NCBI GenBank assembly: GCA_017472285.1 | Contig: JAFUQQ010000058.1 | Span: 6,637 to 70,636 of the forward strand | Reading direction: 5' to 3' | DNA length: 64,000 nt | Source of the DNA: Clostridia bacterium | Lineage (GTDB): Bacteria > Bacillota > Clostridia > Oscillospirales > CAG-272 | Shown: positions 43,818-52,371 of the stretch, in pieces | Position numbering within the stretch: position 1 is the first letter of the stretch | Layout of the letters: each line of letters starts with the position of its first letter | The notes under the pieces: generated by a model | Told to the model about the DNA's origin: nothing | Databases searched by the model: none | The model's input: the letters and a program-made list of their open reading frames with translations, nothing else | Translations under genes and position numbers: made by a program

Positions 43818-44363
43818 TTATTTAAAGTAACGATCGAGAAGACCCTGGAAAGCTCTGCCGTGTCTTGCTTCGTCCTTAGCCATTTCATGAACGGTGTCAT
43901 GGATTGCATCGAGGTTAGCAGCTTTTGCACGTTTAGCGAGGTCGAATTTGCCTTCTGTTGCGCCGTTTTCAGCAGCAACACGCATTTCGAGATTCTTCTT
44001 TGTGCTGGGGGTTACGACTTCGCCGAGAATTTCTGCGAATTTAGCAGCGTGTTCAGCTTCTTCATAAGCTGCTTTTTCCCAATAAAGACCGATTTCGGGA
44101 TAGCCTTCTCTAAAAGCAACGCGGGACATAGCGAGATACATACCGACTTCAGAACATTCGCCGTTGAAATTAGCGCGGAGATCGTTGATGATGTCTTCGG
44201 AAACGCCTTCAGTGATACCAACAACGTGTTCGGTTGCCCAAGAGAGTTTTGTTTCTTCTACTTTTTCGAATTTGGTTGCGGGAACGCCGCACTGGGGACA
44301 TCTTGCGGGAGCACTGTCGCCTTCATGAATGTAACCACAAACTTTGCATACGTATTTTGCCAT
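43818..44363 (-). CDS. reverse rubrerythrin (N-terminal rubredoxin-like domain + C-terminal ferritin-like diiron domain)
   Basis: [10 protein letters not shown]...CPQCG at the N-terminus, then [26 protein letters not shown] and MAKDEARHG diiron motifs. Confidence 0.88.
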   Translation of the reverse strand: MAKYVCKVCGYIHEGDSAPARCPQCGVPATKFEKVEETKLSWATEHVVGITEGVSEDIINDLRANFNGECSEVGMYLAMSRVAFREGYPEIGLYWEKAAYEEAEHAAKFAEILGEVVTPSTKKNLEMRVAAENGATEGKFDLAKRAKAANLDAIHDTVHEMAKDEARHGRAFQGLLDRYFK

Positions 44364-44396
44364 AAATAAATCCTCCTGAAAATTATAAGTAATCAT

Positions 44397-44783
44397 TTAA
44401 AATTGTTTTTGAGAGTGTAGACACCCTTTGCATATGCCTTTGAGTGTCGTTGATGCTTCATGGATGCAGATATGAAGCTTTTCTTCCAGATTCCTCGTAT
44501 CAAAAATCTCACCGATATCATAAATTTCGCCGCAATTTTCACAGAAAAAGTGAGAATGGGGATGTGTGTGACCGTCATAGCGTTCTTTTCCGTCCTCGGA
44601 AGGACCGATTTTTAAAATTTCACCCATTTCTGCGAGGAGTGCAAGATTGCGATAGACCGTTCCCAGACTGATATTCGGAATTTCTTCACGGATATTTGCG
44701 AAGATCATATCTGCGTTAGGGTGGTCATAACGGCTTCGGAGATTTGCGAGGATCGCATCTCTTTGCTTGGAATGTTTCAGCAT
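44397..44783 (-). CDS. Fur family transcriptional regulator (PerR-like)
   Basis: SKQRDAILANL..., HPHSHFFCENCG and CKGC motifs. Immediately upstream of the rubrerythrin gene. Confidence 0.85.
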   Translation of the reverse strand: MLKHSKQRDAILANLRSRYDHPNADMIFANIREEIPNISLGTVYRNLALLAEMGEILKIGPSEDGKERYDGHTHPHSHFFCENCGEIYDIGEIFDTRNLEEKLHICIHEASTTLKGICKGCLHSQKQF

Positions 44784-44826
44784 AAGGTCCAACCGCCTTT
44801 CAATGTTAGGAATCATTCCTGTTTTT

Positions 44827-44854
44827 ATTATAGCATAAATCACAGATTTGTCAA
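44827..44854 (-). promoter_or_regulatory. promoter TTGACA-16-TGcTATAAT for the perR-like/rubrerythrin operon
   Basis: Read on the minus strand. Lies within the ORF-track N-terminal extension, which supports the 44783 start. Confidence 0.5.
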
Positions 44855-44932
44855 GGGGTTTTTAAAAAAATATTGCATTTTTTATAAATTAAAAATTATT
44901 CCAAAAAAATCGAAAAAATTTCAAAAAAGGTA

Positions 44933-44961
44933 TTGACATTTTGAAAGACTTGTGATAGAAT
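44933..44961 (+). promoter_or_regulatory. promoter TTGACA-17-TGaTAGAAT for tRNA-Ser
   Basis: Consensus -35 and extended -10, about 40 nt upstream of the tRNA. Confidence 0.65.
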
Positions 44962-45002
44962 ATACAGGCACTCAAGCGAGAGCGCAAAACGAAACACCGA
45001 AT

Positions 45003-45093
45003 GGAGAAGTCGCCTAGTTGGTCGAGGGCGCACGATTGGAAATCGTGTAACCGGTAAAACGGTTCGAGAGTTCGAATCTCTCCTTCTCCGCCA
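45003..45093 (+). tRNA. tRNA-Ser (anticodon GGA), CCA encoded
   Basis: Acceptor GGAGAAG/CTTCTCC, anticodon stem CACGA/TCGTG with loop TTGGAAA, long variable arm, T-loop GAGAG-TTCGAAT-CTCTC, and 3' GCCA. Confidence 0.93.
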
Positions 45094-45098
45094 GAAAG

Positions 45099-45148
45099 AA
45101 AAAAGCCTTGATTTTGTATCAATTAGATGCAAATCAAGGCTTTTTCTT
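45099..45148 (+). terminator. hairpin/terminator after the tRNA
   Basis: AAAAGCCTTGATTT ... AAATCAAGGCTTTT with a 16-nt loop, followed by a T-run. Confidence 0.5.
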
Positions 45149-45218
45149 TATATGTTTTCACGTGTTTTATCATGTGTTTTCGCATTTTGTTACTAAAAAC
45201 CGTTACTAAATATTACGT

Positions 45219-46364
45219 TCAGTCTAAACTATTGATGATTGCTATTTTATCAGATTGATACATATGGGCATATGTTTTGGTTACTTGCTCCACTGTATCA
45301 CCGATCAAATCCGCTACTACCATAAAATTTGCACCGTTGTGGATAAGCATCGAAACGAACGAATGCCGCAGGTCATGGATACGAATCGGTGTCACTTCGG
45401 CTTTTTGACAATATCTTTGAAATACTCTTGTCAATGTGTTTTCTGCAATTGGTTTTTCTCCTCCAAAGAAGAAAGGTTCCCCTGCTTCATAATTTTGCAA
45501 CGCATTCATTACGGTTTTACAAATCGGAGTTGTTTGGATTTTATCCGCTTTTGTTGATGTGATTTTATACGGAGCCCCATCAAGTGTTTTTCTGGTTATC
45601 GATTTACTAAAATTGATCGAGGGCTGTTTTCCGTTGATCTTAATATCTTGCGGTGTTAATGCCAATACTTCACCTTTGCGTCTCCCGGTGAAAAATAATA
45701 CTGTGAATAAAGTATAATACATTTGGTCGTCAACAACCGAAATGAATTTTTGAAATTCTTCTTTCGTCCATATTTGTTTTTCTGTGGACGGAGCGCGTTT
45801 CTTCGGTCGTTTGACTTCACTTAATTGATTTGGATATCCATATCGGCTTTCACACCAAGACAAGAATGCTGCAAAAAAATTACGTATTTTATTTAGATAT
45901 GCATGAGAATAAGGTTTGTCTGTCCGAGGATTTTTTGTTGACCATAATTCATCTTGAAATCGGTATAATTCTTCTCTTGTCAATTCCGTTATTTTATGTT
46001 CTGCATATTTTGGAAAAATAAATGCTTTGTATATTTTGTTTTTTTCATAAATCGAAATATCTTTGTTTTGATTGGAAAGGGAAGCGATATATTCTCTGAG
46101 CAAATCTCCGACCAGAGGATCCTTTTTCTCTGTTTCTTTCTTTTTTAACGGGGTGTTTTTTACGAGTTCACAATTTTCAAGAATAAAATCTGCGTGAGCC
46201 TGCTTTGCTTTTGTTTTAGAAGAATATCCTGAAAGTTTCTTTTGTATTTCTTCGCCATCTTTCGTTATCACGCGAAACATTACGTCATATACGGTTCCAT
46301 GTTTTTTTGTTTTTCTTTGATGAATGGAACATTTGGTCGATAAAATATAATATTCTGCCATCAT
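45219..46364 (-). CDS. tyrosine-type site-specific integrase
   Basis: 381 aa. RIHDLRHSFVSMLI and TKTYAHM (catalytic Tyr) motifs, with an N-terminal SAM-like/arm-binding region. Confidence 0.92.
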   Translation of the reverse strand: MMAEYYILSTKCSIHQRKTKKHGTVYDVMFRVITKDGEEIQKKLSGYSSKTKAKQAHADFILENCELVKNTPLKKKETEKKDPLVGDLLREYIASLSNQNKDISIYEKNKIYKAFIFPKYAEHKITELTREELYRFQDELWSTKNPRTDKPYSHAYLNKIRNFFAAFLSWCESRYGYPNQLSEVKRPKKRAPSTEKQIWTKEEFQKFISVVDDQMYYTLFTVLFFTGRRKGEVLALTPQDIKINGKQPSINFSKSITRKTLDGAPYKITSTKADKIQTTPICKTVMNALQNYEAGEPFFFGGEKPIAENTLTRVFQRYCQKAEVTPIRIHDLRHSFVSMLIHNGANFMVVADLIGDTVEQVTKTYAHMYQSDKIAIINSLD

Positions 46365-46405
46365 TTTCTCCTTTCAAGCAATTTGTTGACATCAACAAAT
46401 TGCTT

Positions 46406-47038
46406 TTATTTTGGGGTGTATTTACACAAAATTTCTCGGTTTGTAAAATTGTTTGCTGATTCTTTGGTATTAGAATAGAAGAATATGAGAGGTGTAAGAA
46501 GATTTGCGGACTCTAATTCATCATAATGCGTATCATAAAATTCTTTTGCTTCCGGCATTTCTTTTAAATCAGAAACAGAGAATGTTCCGAAGTTTTCATA
46601 CATTTCTTTCATCAGATCGTAATATGTCGGTACCCATAAAGTATCCACACATTCACCGATCTTGCGTAAATCTTCTTTTTTGGTTTCATTCGGAATACAC
46701 ATCCATTCATAAACAGTTTCATGATACGGTTCGGTTGTTCCGTCTGCAACAAAATTCGGTGCAATTGTCAGAATGACAACGGGATTTTTCCTCTGTTCTT
46801 TTTCAATAGAGATGATTTGCGCTTCATAGCCCGAATTGAGCACCATTCTTTCATCAGGCATATTGAAATAGGTGAGAAAATCGTTTGTGATATCAACAGG
46901 ATTTGCTGTTTGATAAATATAGGCGATCAATCCGATCAATATGATAATCGTTGGAATGGAAATTAAAATGCTCCAAACGATCTTTCGATTGCGCTTTTCT
47001 ATGTTCGCATGATTTTCCATCTGCTGAAGATCGTTCAT
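46406..47038 (-). CDS. hypothetical membrane-anchored protein
   Basis: Single N-terminal TM segment (IVWSILISIPTIIILIGLIAYIY). No recognisable domain. Confidence 0.6.
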   Translation of the reverse strand: MNDLQQMENHANIEKRNRKIVWSILISIPTIIILIGLIAYIYQTANPVDITNDFLTYFNMPDERMVLNSGYEAQIISIEKEQRKNPVVILTIAPNFVADGTTEPYHETVYEWMCIPNETKKEDLRKIGECVDTLWVPTYYDLMKEMYENFGTFSVSDLKEMPEAKEFYDTHYDELESANLLTPLIFFYSNTKESANNFTNREILCKYTPK

Positions 47039-47105
47039 ATCCAGCCTCCTTTTCCCGTTGGTGTTGGTACAGCGTTGAATATTTTTTTAACTTGATTCTG
47101 TTTTG

Positions 47106-47933
47106 TTATTTTAATTTTTTACGTTCTTCTCGTTCAATTTGTTTGATGCTCTTTTCAGGAGTAGGGAGATTTTCGGGCATCGTACCGCCAAGTTCCTGGA
47201 TGGTTCGGCGGACGGTTTTTCCTACTTGATAATGTGTTTCATTGGCTTGATATTTTGTATTGACATGATCTCGGCGCAGTTTTTCTTCGGTTTGGGTTGC
47301 ACGGAACAAATTAGCGGCAAGTTCGGTACTTCCCATATAATCAAGAATATCTTGGTTTTTAGTTAATCCTTTTCTTTGTCGAATATCCTGCGCTTTCAAA
47401 CCGCCGTAAAGTCCCATATATCCATGATTTTGGAATATCGCATAATCCATTGGTTCAATGATGCCTGCATCATGTGCGGCATCTGCCAGAGAAGTGTTAT
47501 GTTTTTTTAATTCTTTGCGAATGGCAATACGTTTTTGTTCCTCGGTTAATTCTTCGTAATTTTCAATCAATTCTTGCTGACGGGTTTTGACAGCAAAATA
47601 AGTTTGTCCCAATGCAATGATTTCTTTGCGAGGGTCGCCATTCATTACGATTAAATAACAAGCATATCGGGAGAGCATAATATCATCAATTTCTCTTGAT
47701 GCTCCTGAGCCGATTTCAACCATTTTGCCGACGTTGGCAAAATGGTCTTTAGGATTGAATCCGCTATTCTGACACGAAAGTTTGGCTCGTTCAATGGTAT
47801 CTTCAAATCGTCTCCATTGAGAATATTCCAATACGGGTTGCAATTCTCTTGCATACCAATATTCTTGACCGTATTCATTGATATGTTTGATGCTTTCAAA
47901 GGTTTCTTCGCTGTATGTAATGATATCGTTCAT
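47106..47933 (-). CDS. dinD: DNA damage-inducible protein D homologue
   Basis: Collinear with E. coli DinD as I recall it: SRYACYLIVMNGDP, GQTYFAVKTRQQEL, FQNHGYMGLYGG, MGSTELAANLFRATQTEEKL and IQELGGTMPENLPTP. Confidence 0.85.
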   Translation of the reverse strand: MNDIITYSEETFESIKHINEYGQEYWYARELQPVLEYSQWRRFEDTIERAKLSCQNSGFNPKDHFANVGKMVEIGSGASREIDDIMLSRYACYLIVMNGDPRKEIIALGQTYFAVKTRQQELIENYEELTEEQKRIAIRKELKKHNTSLADAAHDAGIIEPMDYAIFQNHGYMGLYGGLKAQDIRQRKGLTKNQDILDYMGSTELAANLFRATQTEEKLRRDHVNTKYQANETHYQVGKTVRRTIQELGGTMPENLPTPEKSIKQIEREERKKLK

Positions 47934-47998
47934 GTTTTCAATTCCTTTCTTTATTTTATCCCCGTCGATGCAGAGCAGGACGGGGGTGAAAAAATACT

Positions 47999-48850
47999 TT
48001 ATTTAACGGGAATGAATGTGTTTGGCTCTCCAATTTTTTCGTACGATTGTAAATCCCATCTGTATTCATAGCAATCTGATGGTAGTTCATTTTCTAAATA
48101 TGCTGTGATAAAAACTGTGTCTCTATGATAAGATAGGAGAGACTCTCTGCTATACCAATATCCGATTTTATTTCCGTCTTTATCAAAAAAATAAAGAACA
48201 GCATACAAGTCCGGTGGATTTTCTTCGTGAAAAAGAATGGCATGAAAGGTATCTCCTCTTCTGCCGTTGTCTCTTATTTTATTATCTCCCCATGTACCAT
48301 AGCTGTTTTTCACTTCTTCCATGTATACGTTTCCGCAGTCGCAACACGTATTCTTTACTATGGTAATATCAATTTTATCACTTACAACTTCTTGAAAATA
48401 AGAACATTCAGCATATTGCGTATCTTGTACAACTTTGATTTTCTTACAACCAAGTGATTCTTTGTAATAACATTCATAGACGGTTGTTCCGAGATGTTGA
48501 CAAGTGGTGGTTGAATGTCCACGAGATTCAAATTCACATTCATGTTGGAGGGATAGGGCATGATTCACAGTGGAAATAATATATCCTAAAACGATCAAGC
48601 ATACACATATAGTGATAAAAATTTTTAAAACCGTATATGGATTGGCACGACGATATAAGACGAGCGGTACGATCACGGATGAAATAAATAAAAAGATAAA
48701 TAAAATCAGAAAAATGACATTATCACTTTTTTCATAAAGATGGGCAAAAACAAACGCAAGAACGAAAAGAATGATAAAGGATAACAGCCAAGAAAAACAT
48801 CCCAAGCCTTCGTTTTCGGGGTTTTCCGAATTTGATGTTGACATCTGCAA
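47999..48850 (-). CDS. hypothetical membrane protein with Cys-rich C-terminal domain
   Basis: Three hydrophobic segments, then H..TTC..LG....C and CCDCG motifs. Confidence 0.6.
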   Translation of the reverse strand: MQMSTSNSENPENEGLGCFSWLLSFIILFVLAFVFAHLYEKSDNVIFLILFIFLFISSVIVPLVLYRRANPYTVLKIFITICVCLIVLGYIISTVNHALSLQHECEFESRGHSTTTCQHLGTTVYECYYKESLGCKKIKVVQDTQYAECSYFQEVVSDKIDITIVKNTCCDCGNVYMEEVKNSYGTWGDNKIRDNGRRGDTFHAILFHEENPPDLYAVLYFFDKDGNKIGYWYSRESLLSYHRDTVFITAYLENELPSDCYEYRWDLQSYEKIGEPNTFIPVK

Positions 48851-48964
48851 TCACCTCAATTCAAGCAAATTTTTATAGCCTTAAATCGATTTTCCCCGTC
48901 AGTGCAGAGCAGGACGGGGATGGTTAATGGTTGTATAATTTGTCGATAAAACGTGAAACGGTAT

Positions 48965-50659
48965 TTACTCAGCACATTCTATCAGATATTTTTCGAGCAA
49001 TTTTTTATAATAGGAATCGACACTATCCTTGTATTTCATAAAATCTTTTTCGAAATAATGTAAAGTGTCTAATTCTTGAACCATCATAACCAATTCGTTT
49101 CCAAACAAACCTTTTTCTGAAGCCATATTGAATACAGATGTTCCAAGCCCATTTATTTCATCATTAAATGCAATTATTTTCTCTTTTTCAAGCTCATTTT
49201 GATAGTTTTTGTAAAATTTTTCGAAATACTGAAGCAAAAGTGTAGCCAATTCCTCATCACCGATATATTCAAATCCGGTTTCAGTAAACGCAAATATTTC
49301 CGTATTTTGAGGTTCTTCTATTTTTGGCTCATCTTCAATAGATTTGACAAGTTCCATTAAATCTATTTTGAAAATATCATAGATATCCTCAACAATATCA
49401 AAGAAGGCACTGGGATAAAGAGCTTGTGTTTCGGAAATCAAAAAATTTTGGGGTCCAAAAGTGATAAATTCATAATTATATGTATTTTTGATTTCATTGG
49501 CAATTGATTCATTGGTTGCTGTGCCTGAAAGCAATTTTTCTCTGACATTATAATAGAATTGACCATTATAATATTCAATTGCTTTTTTCAAACGTAATTG
49601 ATAGGTAGATTGTTCATCTTCCAAGTCATCGAGTGCTTCTTGCAATTCAAGTTCGGCAATAGTTACTAAAGCTTTTGCTGCTCGTACTTTTCTTTCATCT
49701 GCTTCCCATTTAAAATATCCTGTTTCGTGGTCATATACTCTGACAGTCAAATTACTTGCAACCTGTTCAACATATTTTTCTTTGTTTTTTACATTTCCTC
49801 GTGCAGATATAACTTTATGTTCAGCATTTAATACATTTTGTTCGGCTCGCTGTAAATCTTTGATATATGATTCCATCATAGATGGGCTGAATTTGTTTTC
49901 ATACATATTAAAGAGTTCCTCAGCATATCGCTCCATTCTATAAGACGGAATTTCGGAGAAATCCGAATAGAGCTTATCGCATGAAGCTGCTTCCACGGTA
50001 AATGCCACTTCGACTAAAGCACTATTTCCTTCATATCTGCCATCATTTTCGGTAAGATATATATAACAAATATCAGAAAAACCTTCTTCTAAGGTGATAT
50101 CGATAGAAGAAATTCCAACATCCATATTTGTGTCCGCTTCTCCTACGCCGGCAGTGATTCTGATCGATGAACCTTTTTCACCAAAAACAGATGATCCGTA
50201 TTTGATAGCTTTGCTGTCATCAAGCAGATATGCGTAAACAAATGTGTCACCAACGCTGTCATTGATCGAAACAGTTTCTTTCATATAAATTCTAAATTCT
50301 TCTTTCATTGCAGCACATTCTAAACATACGCCATATTGTGTCCAATTGTGTCCTTTCGCTTTTATCGTTGTAGTAGATATATCGCCGCAATTTGTGCAAC
50401 TTTCCACCACAGTTCCGTCTTTTGTGCAAGTAACCGTGTAGTTTTCTATAATTTCATAATTATGACCGAAAGCATCCAATTTTTCTGTTTTTTCTTCGCC
50501 GCATTTTTCACATACCGTAATCACATAACCGTCTTTTTCACAAGTTGCTTGAACGGTTTCTTTCTCAATAAACGTGTGGTTACATTTATTGGAGACGTTA
50601 CATGAACACAATGCAAATAACATTGCCAAAAGCAAAAACAGTTTTAAGATTTTTTTCAT
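48965..50659 (-). CDS. lipoprotein with N-terminal Cys-rich repeats and a long helical region
   Basis: MKKILKLFLLLAMLFALCSC lipobox. Repeats of H.(F/Y)....TC.KDG....C..CG. Confidence 0.7.
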   Translation of the reverse strand: MKKILKLFLLLAMLFALCSCNVSNKCNHTFIEKETVQATCEKDGYVITVCEKCGEEKTEKLDAFGHNYEIIENYTVTCTKDGTVVESCTNCGDISTTTIKAKGHNWTQYGVCLECAAMKEEFRIYMKETVSINDSVGDTFVYAYLLDDSKAIKYGSSVFGEKGSSIRITAGVGEADTNMDVGISSIDITLEEGFSDICYIYLTENDGRYEGNSALVEVAFTVEAASCDKLYSDFSEIPSYRMERYAEELFNMYENKFSPSMMESYIKDLQRAEQNVLNAEHKVISARGNVKNKEKYVEQVASNLTVRVYDHETGYFKWEADERKVRAAKALVTIAELELQEALDDLEDEQSTYQLRLKKAIEYYNGQFYYNVREKLLSGTATNESIANEIKNTYNYEFITFGPQNFLISETQALYPSAFFDIVEDIYDIFKIDLMELVKSIEDEPKIEEPQNTEIFAFTETGFEYIGDEELATLLLQYFEKFYKNYQNELEKEKIIAFNDEINGLGTSVFNMASEKGLFGNELVMMVQELDTLHYFEKDFMKYKDSVDSYYKKLLEKYLIECAE

Positions 50660-50694
50660 GATAAAATTCCCTCTCTTTCTTTTCATATATGAGT

Positions 50695-50730
50695 TTAACA
50701 GCTCTATATGATTTCATATAGAGCTGTTAA
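50695..50730. terminator. 36-bp near-perfect palindrome between the repressor gene and the cargo genes (terminator or protein-binding site)
   Basis: TTAACAGCTCTATATGA-TT-TCATATAGAGCTGTTAA. Confidence 0.5.
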
Positions 50731-50760
50731 AAATCGACGTTTTTCTTCAAATTTTGAAAA

Positions 50761-51438
50761 TTATTTTTGAATTTTATAATATCCGGCAATGACTTTACCG
50801 AGGATACGGATTTGATTGAGTTTTTCACCTTGAAAACGCATAACCTTATATTGCGGATTTTCAGGAACAAGCGTTAAAAATCCATTTTCTCGGTCGAAAT
50901 AGACTCGCTTGATTGTGGCTTCATCATCAATCAGAATGATGGCGATCTCTCCATCCTCGACAGTTGGCTGTTGATGTACAAAAACGATATCATCGTCAAA
51001 AATACGAGCGTTTATCATACTGTCCCCTTGGGCGCGAAGACAAAAATCAACATCAAGGTCCGTAGGCGCAGAGAAATAGCCATCAATATTTTGTTCTGCA
51101 AGAATAGGTTCTCCACAGGCGACTGTTCCAAGAAGGGGAATCTTCTTGGTCTTAGGGAGAGGGATGATATTATTATTTTGAGGAAGATCGATTTCTTCAT
51201 TGAAAGATATGGGCATATCATCAACGGCAGAGATCAAGTCATGGATGGATATTCCAATTCCGCTTGCAATTTTTTTTAACATAGGTAATGATGGAATAAG
51301 CGGTTCATTTGTTCTAGGATTTCGACCTTCTTCAAGCATAGAGATATAACCGTTTGAAATTCCGCATTGTGTAGCAAACTGCCTTTGTGAAAGATTCTTT
51401 GATAATCGATAGTTTTTGATATACTCACCAAGCTTCAT
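50761..51438 (-). CDS. phage CI/LexA-like repressor (XRE HTH + S24 peptidase domain)
   Basis: N-terminal HTH LSKNLSQRQFATQCGISNGYISMLEEG. C-terminal GDSM ... IKRV Ser/Lys dyad pattern. VACGEP cleavage-region motif. Confidence 0.88.
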   Translation of the reverse strand: MKLGEYIKNYRLSKNLSQRQFATQCGISNGYISMLEEGRNPRTNEPLIPSLPMLKKIASGIGISIHDLISAVDDMPISFNEEIDLPQNNNIIPLPKTKKIPLLGTVACGEPILAEQNIDGYFSAPTDLDVDFCLRAQGDSMINARIFDDDIVFVHQQPTVEDGEIAIILIDDEATIKRVYFDRENGFLTLVPENPQYKVMRFQGEKLNQIRILGKVIAGYYKIQK

Positions 51439-51489
51439 GGTGCTCTCCTTTCTGGTTGATAAATATATTTTACATCAAAAAAATACGCT

Positions 51490-51584
51490 TGTCAATTAGA
51501 AATGTTCATTTTGTTTAACATTTTTTAAAAACGCTATTGACAAACAGGAGAAAGTGTGTTATCATTTGTTTAACAAATTAAACA
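51490..51584. promoter_or_regulatory. divergent switch region: leftward TTGACA (51490-51495, minus strand), rightward TTGACA-17-TGtTATCAT (51537-51565), operator TGTTTAA-CAAA-TTAAACA (51567-51584), and a degenerate copy at 51512-51531
   Basis: Read directly from the sequence. The operator overlaps the TSS region of the rightward promoter. Confidence 0.6.
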
Positions 51585-51605
51585 AGATTGAGAAAGGAGA
51601 AGATC

Positions 51606-51806
51606 ATGGGATATAAAATTAAAGAATTTCGGGAATCATTGGGGATGTCAAAAGAAGAATTGGCAGAAAAAAGCGGTGTCAGTAGGGTAACGATTTGGGC
51701 TTTGGAAAGTAATCCGAATTATACGACTACCACAAAAACTCTGATGAAAATCGCTAATGCGTTAAACACCACCGTGGACAATCTTTTTTTTGCAAAAACT
51801 GTTTAA
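51606..51806 (+). CDS. Cro-like XRE HTH regulator
   Basis: MGYKIKEFRESLGMSKEELAEKSGVSRVTIWALE. AAAGGAG SD. Divergent from the CI-like gene. Confidence 0.85.
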   Translation: MGYKIKEFRESLGMSKEELAEKSGVSRVTIWALESNPNYTTTTKTLMKIANALNTTVDNLFFAKTV

Positions 51807-51817
51807 TGGATTAAACA
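51800..51817. promoter_or_regulatory. second perfect 7-4-7 operator copy, TGTTTAA-TGGA-TTAAACA
   Basis: Same half-sites as 51567-51584. Overlaps the cro-like stop codon. Confidence 0.55.
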
Positions 51818-51879
51818 AAAACGCTTTATAATATTGGTAAAACACTTTTAATGAAAGTAATTGAGAGGGAGGTCTAAAT

Positions 51880-52134
51880 ATGGAGAAGCACGATCTCCGT
51901 GCGATTTGCAATGCCATTGAATATCAAATATGGGAAAACATGAAAGAAAAACCCAACGATGCAAGAATTGTTTTGAAAGAAAACCAAGAATTGCTTAACA
52001 CTCTGCTTTTATGCAATATTCTTTTGTCTTTGCAAACAGAACATATTAACAATGAGCCTTTTGAAGCTTATTTGAAAAAACAAGAGAAAATCCATTCTCT
52101 TGGGAATTTTGGATTATTATTTCTTATGAGGTGA
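51880..52134 (+). CDS. hypothetical phage protein
   Basis: 84 aa. GAGGGAGG SD. Confidence 0.6.
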   Translation: MEKHDLRAICNAIEYQIWENMKEKPNDARIVLKENQELLNTLLLCNILLSLQTEHINNEPFEAYLKKQEKIHSLGNFGLLFLMR

Positions 52135-52137
52135 AAA

Positions 52138-52371
52138 ATGATTATATCTACAAAAATGATGATCGATTATGCAACCAATTTGAAAGACACGGGGTTTCAT
52201 TCCCATCTTTCAAACGAAAGCAAAAATAAACTTCTTGATGCTGCTAAACTCATTTACGAAGTAGTGCAGGAAGAGCTTTCCATTGATATCCAAAAGGTTT
52301 CAGAGGAGAAAAGACATTCTCCCCCGAAAAGAGTGTTTAGCAAAATAGAAGGATGCTGGGTAGAGCGTTAA
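52138..52371 (+). CDS. hypothetical phage protein
   Basis: 77 aa. Starts 3 nt after the previous stop, with a GAGG SD. Confidence 0.55.
   Translation: MIISTKMMIDYATNLKDTGFHSHLSNESKNKLLDAAKLIYEVVQEELSIDIQKVSEEKRHSPPKRVFSKIEGCWVER

Noticed and set aside
44889-45132. Two roughly 77-aa minus-strand ORFs spanning the tRNA-Ser region.
   Set aside because: They overlap a canonical tRNA and its promoter and terminator. They have no SD.
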